Of a stretch of DNA of 64,000 nucleotides, positions 17,979 through 27,574 are shown in pieces (the stretch's first letter is position 1; each line of letters opens with the position of its first letter). The stretch lies in IMG/VR virus record IMGVR_UViG_3300009180_000025, one strand, 5' to 3'. Origin of the DNA: an uncultured virus (IMG/VR IMGVR_UViG_3300009180_000025) (lineage: Duplodnaviria; Heunggongvirae; Uroviricota; Caudoviricetes). The position numbers and the translations under genes were made by a program. The notes under the pieces are model-generated. The model was given only the letters and a program-made list of their open reading frames with translations. It ran no database searches and had not been told where the DNA came from.

Positions 17979-18181
17979 TTTTGTAAATCCTCGTAATCAG
18001 TTCCAGTAGTTACTATAAGATCTGGAACATCTTTGCCAGTAAAGTAGTCATGCTGTCGAACTATGTATTCACGTAGTCGTTTGATCTCGTCAGCGGCTTC
18101 AAGGAGTTCGGCGCAGATTGGCGTCATGTCATACGGGCCGTTTGCTGCATCCTGTAGCCGCTTGATCAGATCGTCACTCAT
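17975..18181 (-). CDS. Hypothetical protein (MSDDLIKRL...EAADEIKRLR family)
   Basis: Common small phage ORF motif. Confidence 0.6.
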   Translation of the reverse strand: MSDDLIKRLQDAANGPYDMTPICAELLEAADEIKRLREYIVRQHDYFTGKDVPDLIVTTGTDYEDLQK

Positions 18182-18414
18182 TCCTTGTCCTCCTCGGTCA
18201 TAGTCATTTCTTCTAGGATCATGAAAGTGTAGCCACCAAAGCCGTAATGCTTGACATAGCGCGCCACTGCCTCAGTAGCCTGCACTCGAGTCTCATACCC
18301 GTTGCGACTGACTAGGACTGTGGTGTTATAGTAAGGCCCGACTTCTTCATGGGCGATCTTCAACAGACCGTCCTCGGTGCGCTTAGCGACGTAATATCGG
18401 TATTCTAGTTTCAT
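18178..18414 (-). CDS. Hypothetical protein
   Basis: ATGA-coupled ORF. Confidence 0.55.
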   Translation of the reverse strand: MKLEYRYYVAKRTEDGLLKIAHEEVGPYYNTTVLVSRNGYETRVQATEAVARYVKHYGFGGYTFMILEEMTMTEEDKE

Positions 18415-18623
18415 CCATTCACTCCTACTTTAACGAACCGCGAAGCCCACACTATTCCATCGGGCGCCATCATGGTCATCTGACGGGGGTGCACTGACCT
18501 GGTCGGTTTTGCGTCCCACCAAGCCCAAGCCTCGTCAGCGGTTTCAAACTCGACAGAAGACCAGTTCCCATGCTCGAGGGGGGTCTCTGTCACGAACTCG
18601 GTCTTCATAACCCATCCGGTCAT
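18411..18623 (-). CDS. Hypothetical protein
   Basis: GAGG SD, coupled ORF. Confidence 0.55.
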   Translation of the reverse strand: MTGWVMKTEFVTETPLEHGNWSSVEFETADEAWAWWDAKPTRSVHPRQMTMMAPDGIVWASRFVKVGVNG

Positions 18624-18634
18624 CTTAGTCCTCT

Positions 18635-18823
18635 TTAAATTGCTATTGCTTCTGCGGTCAACTCAATCCGCTCATACCAAGCCTTGACCGTTTCTTTATA
18701 GGTCAAGCAACGATCGACGGCGCGAATTGCTTTTGATTTTTCAGCCACGAACCATGAGTCACGGGAGATTGGTGAGCGCGCGTGGTCTTTGCTTTCGACT
18801 ATAATTTTATAGCGTACTTTCAT
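18635..18823 (-). CDS. Hypothetical protein
   Basis: ORF within an early operon. Confidence 0.5.
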   Translation of the reverse strand: MKVRYKIIVESKDHARSPISRDSWFVAEKSKAIRAVDRCLTYKETVKAWYERIELTAEAIAI

Positions 18824-18825
18824 TC

Positions 18826-18984
18826 TCAGTAAGCCCTTTCTCTGAGCATCTCTTCCTCGCGGAGCTTTGCTTTAGCGAAGACGGCAACGTAAGTGCCTGC
18901 GCGGATACAACTTCCAATGCCACGCCGACCCAGCCAAATGCCATTTACATTCCAGAAAGTCCAATTTTGTTCCCAGTTTTCCAT
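18826..18984 (-). CDS. Small hypothetical early protein (MENWEQNW..., 52 aa; not in ORF track)
   Basis: Manual translation; first gene after the cassette promoter. Confidence 0.55.
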   Translation of the reverse strand: MENWEQNWTFWNVNGIWLGRRGIGSCIRAGTYVAVFAKAKLREEEMLRERAY

Positions 18985-18990
18985 CTCATT

Positions 18991-19076
18991 CACCTTTTCT
19001 ATACCTTACTCTTAGATACTAACACACCTTCCATGGATTGTACACAGAAAAATGCAGTTCCAGCAAAATATATTTT
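18991..19076 (-). repeat. Early promoter/leader cassette copy 3 (TGTACA-N17-TAGTAT)
   Basis: TAGTATCTAAGAGTAAGGTAT leader. Confidence 0.8.
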
Positions 19077-19085
19077 GTTAAAAAA

Positions 19086-20156
19086 TTAGAAAAAAGACTG
19101 TCTTTGGCCTTCACGGTGTAGTTCAGCAGTAACACAATGAGTACCACCATCCCAGAAGAACCTATGTCTCATTGGAGCTATATGTGGAGTTATGCCATAA
19201 CGTTCAAATGCTTTAAACGCCTGTTCGTTATAGGATCCTACGATGACGTTTTTTGGATCTACCATTAGAACGTTAACATCGAAGATAGTTTCCTCAACGT
19301 ATCCGACCCAGTCTTTAAGCCAGTGCTCAACATATTCTATGATATCATCATCTTCAGATACTCCTGGGATAAACCACTTTCCATGGTTTTTCGACTTAAG
19401 AGTCATCCATTCGCGCATTGAATTCATTCTATTTTGTTCAAAATAAACTACTTCCCAATCTGGAAAAGTCTTGTCATACGCGTCTGCGTCGTACGCGCTG
19501 AAAATAAGTCCCGGCTTTAGAGGACTAAAGACCCCATCAATATGCCCACCCGTGGTAACAGCATGCGTATTATAGTCTTGGAGATAGGTATTCTTCATTA
19601 TGTCAATGGAATCTAAGACACGCCAATCAGTCATCTTATGTTTAGTACCAAAGAATAGGTCTTTACCAATCCTGAAAATACCGTTAACCTTGATCCAGGC
19701 TAAGTCTTCGTCGCTCTGATTGTTAATAACCGTATTACCTTTTGAGGCTACGTAGTCTAAGATACCCTGCCAACATACGTCAAAGTTTACAATTTTATCA
19801 TGATTTGACCAGTTGTTAACTTTCTGATTCACTCTAAAGTAAGGAAAAAGAAAGAACTTATCGCCAATCATAATCATTTGATCGCGTGGAATAGAACTTA
19901 CTGGCGCTGGAATGGGAATATTCTTATCGATGTATTCCTGTGGTACTACGTTTGGAACATCTGGCCGCAATACTTCTACGTCAAAAGACTTTAATACTTT
20001 GATTAGAGATTGATAGTCTTCTTCGGTTTCAGTAGCTATCTTTTCGAAAAGATTCCTCATCTTCGAATTCTTCATAAACGAATAAAATTCTGGAGGATAG
20101 TTTTTACCGACTACGCAAACTTTTAGCGGATCCCATTCCTGGTGTACACTGAGCAT
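19086..20156 (-). CDS. Amidinotransferase (glycine/inosamine-phosphate amidinotransferase-like)
   Basis: EWDPLK, PRD, GHIDG, DVN, WDGGTHCVT catalytic motifs. Confidence 0.85.
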   Translation of the reverse strand: MLSVHQEWDPLKVCVVGKNYPPEFYSFMKNSKMRNLFEKIATETEEDYQSLIKVLKSFDVEVLRPDVPNVVPQEYIDKNIPIPAPVSSIPRDQMIMIGDKFFLFPYFRVNQKVNNWSNHDKIVNFDVCWQGILDYVASKGNTVINNQSDEDLAWIKVNGIFRIGKDLFFGTKHKMTDWRVLDSIDIMKNTYLQDYNTHAVTTGGHIDGVFSPLKPGLIFSAYDADAYDKTFPDWEVVYFEQNRMNSMREWMTLKSKNHGKWFIPGVSEDDDIIEYVEHWLKDWVGYVEETIFDVNVLMVDPKNVIVGSYNEQAFKAFERYGITPHIAPMRHRFFWDGGTHCVTAELHREGQRQSFF

Positions 20157-20160
20157 ATTT

Positions 20161-20928
20161 TCAATTTCCTTGAATCTTAATTATTTCCCACGTACCATCG
20201 TATTTTTCAACTAATGCGGTGCAGCTTTCGACCCAGTCCCCGCAATTCATATACTCAGTACCATCAAACGTAGTTATATTAGCGTGATGTATATGCCCAC
20301 AGATGATTCCATCAGTGCCACAGTTTTTTGCATAAGTTGATAGAGTCTCTTCGTAAGATCCGATGAAGTTTACAGCAGACTTAACTTTGTATTTCAACCA
20401 AGCGCTGACAGACCATCTAGGAAGATTTAAAAAATCCATGAGCCTATTGAACATAACGTTCATAACTATCGATGTATCGTAAGCCCAGGATCCAAGATAC
20501 GAAAGCCACTTTGCGTGGTTTATCACAACATCAAATTGATCGCCATGAACTACTGAGTATGTTTTACCATTAAGTGCCCAATAAACATCAGAAGATACGA
20601 GTTTGATTTTACCGAATTCGTTTCCACAAAATGGTTTAAGAAACTCATCGTGATTTCCTGGGATGAAAACTACATTCACCCCTTTACGCGCTTTGCGAAG
20701 GAGTTTCTGAACTATGTCATTGTGTGATTGTGGCCAGTACATCTTAGATTTCATGGCCCAGCCATCTACTATATCACCAACCAAATATAAATTTTCACAT
20801 TCGAACGTTTTCATAAAGTTAAGGAACTCGTCGGCCTGAGACATACGAGTTCCTAAATGAATGTCGGATATGAATACTGACTTATACTTTACCGATTCCC
20901 GATAGTGTACTTTGTCACCAGGTTCCAT
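20161..20928 (-). CDS. Metallophosphoesterase, LpxH/UDP-2,3-diacylglucosamine hydrolase-like
   Basis: SDIHLG, VGDIVD, PGNHD, HGDQFD, CGHIH, NCGDW. Confidence 0.85.
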   Translation of the reverse strand: MEPGDKVHYRESVKYKSVFISDIHLGTRMSQADEFLNFMKTFECENLYLVGDIVDGWAMKSKMYWPQSHNDIVQKLLRKARKGVNVVFIPGNHDEFLKPFCGNEFGKIKLVSSDVYWALNGKTYSVVHGDQFDVVINHAKWLSYLGSWAYDTSIVMNVMFNRLMDFLNLPRWSVSAWLKYKVKSAVNFIGSYEETLSTYAKNCGTDGIICGHIHHANITTFDGTEYMNCGDWVESCTALVEKYDGTWEIIKIQGN

Positions 20929-21281
20929 TGCGACTTTTCCTTGTACGCTATTATCTTCACTTGGTTTATGGGTGCTAGAGGCTCTTGAATTTTAGATTTA
21001 TCGATGATCTCGATTAGCGCCCATTCGTCAAGAAGCAATGCAATCCTGTTTCTACGGGACATATCAGTCTCAGAAAAGTCAGCTGGTTTACCATCGAGCA
21101 TGAATAGTTCTTTGAAGTGAACGATGTAATATCGTCCCTGCTTATGGAATATATGGCACGATTGATAAAGAGTGTTGTCTTTTTTGGAAGCGAGACCAAT
21201 TCTGGAAAGTGTTTCTTTAACTTTGAGAAAATCTTCCGGAGATCTAAGTCGAACTTCGACCAGTTGGCTTAGATTGAACAT
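20889..21281 (-). CDS. regA: Translational repressor RegA
   Basis: DFLKVKETLSRIG, LYQSCHI, YYIVHFKELF. Confidence 0.96.
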   Translation of the reverse strand: MFNLSQLVEVRLRSPEDFLKVKETLSRIGLASKKDNTLYQSCHIFHKQGRYYIVHFKELFMLDGKPADFSETDMSRRNRIALLLDEWALIEIIDKSKIQEPLAPINQVKIIAYKEKSQWNLVTKYTIGNR

Positions 21282-21666
21282 TGAGACCGCCCTTTATTAG
21301 TTTTTGTTTTATAAGGTCGATATGTTCTTTTGTAAGGATACTACATGCTTCAAGAGCACGCTTGTAACTTATGTTGTAGTATTCCTGCACGCACTGAACA
21401 TCAGGTTCTTCAATGGTTTTTGACCATTTAGAGAACCTTTTACCTTTTCTAATACTATTTATAAGATAATCATTTTGCAACTGTTTTTCAACGGTGTTGT
21501 TAACGTTCATCTCATTGGCATACAGAATAGTATCGATAAAGTAAGACAGTGCGCGGTTGACAAGGAATGGATTATACGACTTCTCCGCGAGCTCAGGATT
21601 TTCTGATTCGCGGATCATGTCTTTCTTAGACATGTTTATAGCATTGACGAAGTCAAAAGGACTCAT
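21244..21666 (-). CDS. gp62: Clamp loader small subunit
   Basis: YNPFLVNRALS, ANEMN, KRFSKW. Confidence 0.93.
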   Translation of the reverse strand: MSPFDFVNAINMSKKDMIRESENPELAEKSYNPFLVNRALSYFIDTILYANEMNVNNTVEKQLQNDYLINSIRKGKRFSKWSKTIEEPDVQCVQEYYNISYKRALEACSILTKEHIDLIKQKLIKGGLNVQSKPTGRSST

Positions 21667-22604
21667 GTGAACTCCACTGACATCATGACTTCAGTTAGAA
21701 AGGCTGCCGTATTGATCTCATGATCGGCTACAAACGCAGCTTGATATTGATATTTGGCAATAGTAAGTACGAGTTCGGGGATCGACTTTGGACCAACTTT
21801 CTCATAGGCAGTATCATAGAATTTGCGGAAGAGTGTAGAAGAATCCATATCGGAGTTCTCACCAACCCACTTACGCATCTCGCCAAACTTTTTCTGTTTT
21901 AGAATGTTAATCAGATCAGAAAAAGCAGATTCGCTATAATTAGCAAAAATACCGGTATCGATAGTCCCATTTACAGAATAGCGCTGTAGTTCGTTAAGGA
22001 CGCGGCGCCAGTCGGGAAGGTAACGCTGAATGAGTTCGGCGATTACAGTCTTATCATACTTCACTCCATTTCCATCGAGAATTGAAAGTACGCGTTTGAA
22101 GAATTGTGTTGCGAGTCGAGGAAGATCCGCTTTGGAAATTTTGAACTCGACCACGGAACAGCGAGAGTGAAGGGGTTCAATGATTCTGTTTTTAAAGTTA
22201 CAGGTAAGTATGAACCCACAGTTCCTTGAATATTCTTCCATGAAATTACGTAGAGCCGGCTGTGTTGAGTTTGCATTAAGGTAGTCGGCTTCGTCCAAGA
22301 TGACGTATTTTCTTCCGCCAGTAAAAGATACTGAGGAAGCAAATTGCAGGATTTCGTTACGGAGTGTGTCGATGTTTCCATTCATACTACCATTAATTAC
22401 AATATAATCGGCCCCGATCTGCTCGAGCATAGCCCGAGCGACCGTAGTTTTACCAACACCAGCGCCACCCGTCAAGAGTAGATTTGGGATTTCTTTATTC
22501 TCCACGAATTTCCGGAAGGTATTTTTCAATTCTTCCGGAAGCACGCAGTCTTCGATAGTCTTTGGTCGATATTTTTCTACCCAAAGAAACTCTTCCATGA
22601 TCAC
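21663..22604 (-). CDS. gp44: Clamp loader large subunit
   Basis: WVEKYRP, GVGKTT, DEAD, SRC. Confidence 0.97.
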   Translation of the reverse strand: MIMEEFLWVEKYRPKTIEDCVLPEELKNTFRKFVENKEIPNLLLTGGAGVGKTTVARAMLEQIGADYIVINGSMNGNIDTLRNEILQFASSVSFTGGRKYVILDEADYLNANSTQPALRNFMEEYSRNCGFILTCNFKNRIIEPLHSRCSVVEFKISKADLPRLATQFFKRVLSILDGNGVKYDKTVIAELIQRYLPDWRRVLNELQRYSVNGTIDTGIFANYSESAFSDLINILKQKKFGEMRKWVGENSDMDSSTLFRKFYDTAYEKVGPKSIPELVLTIAKYQYQAAFVADHEINTAAFLTEVMMSVEFT

Positions 22605-23263
22605 CCCTGATATTTGCTATTGGACTCAGTAGCTACATAATAACTAATTTTATCGGAAGTGTACAGGGCTAATCCTTGCGATGAGATCTTTACGTTGTAG
22701 TTTGCCGGAATAAGCTTAGTAATATTATCGGCTTTAAAGAACATATCGAAGTGCTTGTCAGTTTTACCAACATCGATGCTAAAGGTATCGCCAGTCGAGT
22801 TCTTAGGGTTCAGGGCGTATACGCGAATAACCTCTTCATCTCCTTGAACACTAATATCTGGAACTTGAAGAACGCCAGTAGCTCGTACGACTTTCTGAAG
22901 TTCTTCCTGAGTAATGTTGAAGTCGATCTCAGGTTCTGGAAACCCAATTTCTTTTTCAGGAGGAGCAACAATCATAGTAGGCTCAGCATATGTGTAACTG
23001 AGTTGTTGATTGCCGGATTTGATAAGCATAGACTTTTCTTCGAACTCAATTTCAGGATCATTGAAAAGCGATAGAACACCGAGAAACTTTGTGAGTTCAT
23101 AGATGGCGAACTCACGCGGGAATGTTTCTGTTACTATAGCTTTCGCAAAAATTGATTTGTGTTGCGAAATGGTAGATAGTGTCGATCCTGGACGAACCAG
23201 GATCGACGGGTTAATAGTCGCGAAGTTTTTTAAGATCGCGATTGTATTGTCACTTAGTTTCAT
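22601..23263 (-). CDS. gp45: Sliding clamp
   Basis: MKLSDNTIAILKNFATINPS; synteny. Confidence 0.95.
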   Translation of the reverse strand: MKLSDNTIAILKNFATINPSILVRPGSTLSTISQHKSIFAKAIVTETFPREFAIYELTKFLGVLSLFNDPEIEFEEKSMLIKSGNQQLSYTYAEPTMIVAPPEKEIGFPEPEIDFNITQEELQKVVRATGVLQVPDISVQGDEEVIRVYALNPKNSTGDTFSIDVGKTDKHFDMFFKADNITKLIPANYNVKISSQGLALYTSDKISYYVATESNSKYQG

Positions 23264-23279
23264 AATGTATAGTCTCCTG

Positions 23280-24146
23280 TTATTTCTTTACTTTTGAAGA
23301 TGCGATTTGTGATGGATCGGCCGTAGCAGAAGCACCAATTGATGCTAGAGCTGAAAGCTTTCCGCCGAAGGTATAGAAACCTGCGTGTTGCAAGTGCATC
23401 CATGGGCACATCCAGACTTTCATCCCGGTTTTACGGGTATTCTGACAGAAGAGATAATCTTCAGACAGGTAGCGCTCAGACTCAGGATCAATTTCAGCTT
23501 GGAAATACATGCCAATCTTACGTGTGCCGTCGAACTCAGCTGTACGTACATGATCAGGTTTATACATGATAAGCGGGAACTTCCTTGCATATTCTTCAAA
23601 AGTTTCGCGCCGGATCATCATGAAACCCGTACCAATCTCAAGAACTTCAGCAGGTTCGTCTAGACGAATAGATTTTGAACCTTCGCCATTCTCCATGACC
23701 GGATTGAAAACAAAGTCACCAACAAAGTCTTCAAGAACAGATGGATTCTCGTCAGCCACACCTTTGTCAACGGCCATCTTGATCTTTTCCCAAGTGATAC
23801 ACTTCTTAGGATAAGCACCACCGATGATGTCATAAGGAGACTCGTCGGTCTGAAGGGCCAATAGTGCAAGCACGTCTTGAGGATTAAATCCAATGTCTGA
23901 GTCAACAAACAAGAGATGAGTATAACCTGAACGCAGGAATTCGTCAACACAATAATTCCGTGCGCGAGTGATAAGCGATTCGTTAAACAGGAAATACGAA
24001 CGCATTTCGATGCCGTACTTTAGACACAAAGCTGTCAAGTCACACATCGACCGAGCGTACAAACCATTACACTGCCCGCCATACATTGGAGTAGCTACGA
24101 ATAGCTTTTTCTTCTGTAGTTCCTCGATTTTAATTTGGATTTCCAT
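23280..24146 (-). CDS. GT-A fold glycosyltransferase-like protein
   Basis: FVATPMYGG, ESLITRARN, FVDSDI (DxD), GTGFM, LSEDY. Confidence 0.75.
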   Translation of the reverse strand: MEIQIKIEELQKKKLFVATPMYGGQCNGLYARSMCDLTALCLKYGIEMRSYFLFNESLITRARNYCVDEFLRSGYTHLLFVDSDIGFNPQDVLALLALQTDESPYDIIGGAYPKKCITWEKIKMAVDKGVADENPSVLEDFVGDFVFNPVMENGEGSKSIRLDEPAEVLEIGTGFMMIRRETFEEYARKFPLIMYKPDHVRTAEFDGTRKIGMYFQAEIDPESERYLSEDYLFCQNTRKTGMKVWMCPWMHLQHAGFYTFGGKLSALASIGASATADPSQIASSKVKK

Positions 24147-24148
24147 TA

Positions 24149-24340
24149 TTACCACCTTTCATCGTCTATATAGACACAAATTTTAATCGGCCCCACTCTG
24201 AGTACCGCATCTAGTATTAGTCCAGGATCAGATTGGCTTTCAGTCACCTTATATGCGTAAATCTTCCACCACTTAAGAGGATTTAGAAATAAGGTGACTA
24301 TGACATCCGATTGCTTTATATATGATAAAAGCTTTTTCAC
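24149..24340 (-). CDS. Hypothetical protein
   Basis: Coupled ORF. Confidence 0.55.
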   Translation of the reverse strand: MKKLLSYIKQSDVIVTLFLNPLKWWKIYAYKVTESQSDPGLILDAVLRVGPIKICVYIDDERW

Positions 24341-24618
24341 TTATCATCCTCGTGTGTTGTATCGTGCACATAGAGCTGAATGATTGCATAATGAATTACT
24401 TTCATCAGATCTTTTCTCCAGTCGTCAGGATTACCTTTTCGACCATAGCGCTGAGCGTATTTTAAAACATTACCAACGCAAAAACCAGAACCATGTCCGG
24501 AATCGATGATGAACTCAGTCGCTTGAAACTTAGTTCGCGAGTAGTGTTCACCGTACGTATTATTAATATAATCCGTAATTTCTGAAATGTACAGGGCTTC
24601 TTTATACTTATATTCTAT
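24337..24618 (-). CDS. DUF3310-like protein (start codon uncertain)
   Basis: HYS, GFCVGNVLKYAQRYGRKG, DLMKVIHY. Confidence 0.65.
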   Translation of the reverse strand: MEYKYKEALYISEITDYINNTYGEHYSRTKFQATEFIIDSGHGSGFCVGNVLKYAQRYGRKGNPDDWRKDLMKVIHYAIIQLYVHDTTHEDDK

Positions 24619-24619
24619 A

Positions 24620-25819
24620 TTAGAAGAAAGCTTCGAGTCCTGCTGTAGCTGATTTTGTGTAATTGAATTCGTTTGTTCTTGAGAAGTTATATTGGAATCC
24701 AAGTCTTGCGTCAACAAGCTCGCGCTTTCCTTCGAGATATTGTAGGACTTCAGTTGCCATGTCATGTGCGGTGCTCACTGGTACGTTTTGACAGATGTGG
24801 TTAACGCTCTTCTTTGGATCGAGCAATTCGAAATCTTGGGGAAGACCCATAATAGTCATCGCTTCCCTATAAGTTATATAGCGGTCTTCAATCGGGTGCG
24901 TCAGCATCATTGGATAGTGACCGACAAATGCACCGATGTAGTCTCGTGGAACAATGGTTCCTCGACGCATGATATTTCCGCCTGCAGCTAATTTAGCTTT
25001 GCGTCCTTTACATCTGTCGACTTCTTTCGTATATCCATTATTACCCATCCATTTAGCTACTTCATCGTAATCAATTCCCATTCTTTCTATATATGATAAA
25101 ACATCTTGGCCACGAGCTTTTGCTGGTTCAACAGTTTTGCAGAATTCGCGGTGTGTAATTCCACCGTGAATATGCTCGAGGATAAACCGATAGTATGGAT
25201 CGTCTTTCGATGGAGTTTTCGTATTGATAGGTTCCATCTGAAAGTTTGATGTTACGCCTAAAATCGTGTCTTCAATTGTCGGGCGTTCACGTTTATAGAA
25301 GTTCAACACCGGAATTTTGTTACCTCTCCAAAAGAAGTAAAAAGCTCGTTCGCGAACTTGGGCTACACCATGAAGCAGCGACCTCGTACGGTATACTGAC
25401 ATACTATAACCATTATCTAAACCAATCTGATGAAGTTGGTTGCGAACGTTTTCACCGATTTTACCAGCAAATCCAGGAGCATTCTCGCCCCAAAACACTT
25501 CAGGTTTAAGCTCGCCGAGAACGTAGTTTGCAGTCTCAGTCATCCATCTATTATTGGGATTGTGATCTCCAAAGCCATGCGACAATTGGGATAAACCTGC
25601 ACAGGGACACACGGTACTGATGACATCGACTTTAGTCTTTGGAAAGTCTCCACGATCAATCAGGTGATATGGCACTTCATTATTATAGTAATTAACGATG
25701 TGTCTATCATTAGCCTGAAAAGGTTCGTAAGAAGCTAACCACTCAGGGCGAGACCCAAACGCTTTCTCAGAAGCAAGAGTTTCACCCCCGATAAGTGGTA
25801 CGATTGTAGCGTGTTTCAC
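24620..25819 (-). CDS. DNA cytosine-C5 methyltransferase-fold protein
   Basis: Motif IV CPC, VI ENA, VIII QVRER, IX REAMTIMGLP; motifs I and X atypical. Confidence 0.8.
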   Translation of the reverse strand: MKHATIVPLIGGETLASEKAFGSRPEWLASYEPFQANDRHIVNYYNNEVPYHLIDRGDFPKTKVDVISTVCPCAGLSQLSHGFGDHNPNNRWMTETANYVLGELKPEVFWGENAPGFAGKIGENVRNQLHQIGLDNGYSMSVYRTRSLLHGVAQVRERAFYFFWRGNKIPVLNFYKRERPTIEDTILGVTSNFQMEPINTKTPSKDDPYYRFILEHIHGGITHREFCKTVEPAKARGQDVLSYIERMGIDYDEVAKWMGNNGYTKEVDRCKGRKAKLAAGGNIMRRGTIVPRDYIGAFVGHYPMMLTHPIEDRYITYREAMTIMGLPQDFELLDPKKSVNHICQNVPVSTAHDMATEVLQYLEGKRELVDARLGFQYNFSRTNEFNYTKSATAGLEAFF

Positions 25820-27048
25820 TTAACTTTTCCGATCATATTGAATATGCTGTCAAAGACTGCATCTGCATCTTGGTGTGATTTATAGAACTCGTATGCTTTC
25901 TCGCGATACTCGTTACGCATCCCGTCGTCTTTATTTAGCGCGGATATCAAGTCTGCAGATTGCTGCATGTTCTCACTAGATAGCCAGATAGTACCACTAT
26001 CTGCGCATTCTGTCAAGGGTATACCTAGTACTCGATGGGTACATGCATCACCATAACCTTGGTGAAATACTGGAATTGTACCAGTAGCTACAACCTCACA
26101 GTGCGTATACTCAATTGATTTTTCGATGAACCTTGGATCTAGAAGAGAGAGTTGATACCCGTATCCAGATTTAGACATGCGTTCAAGGATTTCATGGTTT
26201 TTAAAGAATGAGAAAACTACTGGTTTGTTTCCGTACCAATCTGTAAAGTCAGTCTTGTCTGGACTAACATTGTTTAAGTAATGGAATGAATACTTTTGCT
26301 TGAGTTCAACATAAGCTAGTGATTTCTCAATACCCTCAAGAATCGTGAGTGCATTCATCTGGCGTAAGTGCTTCTCATGGAAGTCCATCATCAATCGTGG
26401 GCCCTTCCATAGAGCCATTCGACCAATCCACCTATGACACATTTTATCGATTTGTTCGATGGGTTTCCAGTACTTCTCGCGAACTTCATCGAAGTACATT
26501 CCAGGCTGGAAGTTTAAGATTTGCTTCTTTGGAGCATCTCCACCAAAGAATCCCATGATGCCGCCAGCTTCAGACATACTCTCTACTACACCAGCAAAAT
26601 CACCAGTTGGAGAATGAGCAAACAAAACTTTAGATTTATCGATAGATTCTTTCAAACAATCGTTACGTATGATGGAGATCTTATTGTGATCGTGTTGAAA
26701 TAACACCGATGGTGCGGATATCTTATTGAGAATTTTACGGAAGTTTTCAGCAACCTTAAGATCGTAATTCTGATTCTTCTTATGTGCGAAAGGTGGAAGC
26801 GAGTTAATGATCACTAGATCACATGAGTTGCAAGCGTCTGCTACACTATCGATATTAACATCTTCTGCAAATTTTACGTACATGAGATTTGGCATGACGT
26901 GTGAGTTAACACGAGACCATGTTTTATCTTTAGAAGCAATCACTGTACATTCATGGCCGTTCTTCTTTAGATACTTTGTCATCTCAATAGTAAATTTTGA
27001 GACGCCGCATCCTTCAATGCCGCGCCCCATAAGGATAGCCACTTTCAT
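25816..27048 (-). CDS. agt: DNA alpha-glucosyltransferase (T4 a-gt-like)
   Basis: RGIEGCGVSKF, QHDH, RWIGR..WKG, ERMSKSGYGYQLS, EYTH, GTIPVF, REKAYEF match T4 AGT as recalled. Confidence 0.9.
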   Translation of the reverse strand: MKVAILMGRGIEGCGVSKFTIEMTKYLKKNGHECTVIASKDKTWSRVNSHVMPNLMYVKFAEDVNIDSVADACNSCDLVIINSLPPFAHKKNQNYDLKVAENFRKILNKISAPSVLFQHDHNKISIIRNDCLKESIDKSKVLFAHSPTGDFAGVVESMSEAGGIMGFFGGDAPKKQILNFQPGMYFDEVREKYWKPIEQIDKMCHRWIGRMALWKGPRLMMDFHEKHLRQMNALTILEGIEKSLAYVELKQKYSFHYLNNVSPDKTDFTDWYGNKPVVFSFFKNHEILERMSKSGYGYQLSLLDPRFIEKSIEYTHCEVVATGTIPVFHQGYGDACTHRVLGIPLTECADSGTIWLSSENMQQSADLISALNKDDGMRNEYREKAYEFYKSHQDADAVFDSIFNMIGKVK

Positions 27049-27115
27049 TTTATAATATACCTCTTTGGTGTCTGATTACGCTCGTTAATTATATATGAAA
27101 GAAAAATAGTCAGTT

Positions 27116-27574
27116 TCATCGTAATTCGATATTTTCATAATACATATACTCAACACCAGCTTCTTTCAGCATATTTTTGGTAGTTTCAAAAGAGTCTTTC
27201 CATTTGTTATCTACATAAGAAGGATAACACATGAATACGCGTTTAACACCGACCTGAATAACACCTTTAGCGCATTCAGAACAAAGAGGTAGTCCCCAGA
27301 TATACAGGTCAGAACCAGCTAGACTTACGCCATTCAGTGTTGCATTGTATATACAATTCTGTTCAGCATGAACAATATACTTATACTTTTGCTCTCGATC
27401 ATTAAGCCTAACGTCACTGTCATCAATTCCACGAGGAAAGCCATTATACCCTTGCGAAAGGATTTGGCCTCTAGCTCCTACTGCAACAGCACCCACTCGG
27501 GTGCTCGGATCTTTAGACCAAGTCGATACCTGCTTGGCTAGGTTAAAATAGTTTTGTGTCCAGTTATTTGACAA
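27116..27574 (-). CDS. cd: dCMP deaminase
   Basis: SKDPST.VGA, GYNGFPRG, HAEQN, PLCSECAK; probable TTG start. Confidence 0.93.
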   Translation of the reverse strand: MSNNWTQNYFNLAKQVSTWSKDPSTRVGAVAVGARGQILSQGYNGFPRGIDDSDVRLNDREQKYKYIVHAEQNCIYNATLNGVSLAGSDLYIWGLPLCSECAKGVIQVGVKRVFMCYPSYVDNKWKDSFETTKNMLKEAGVEYMYYENIELR

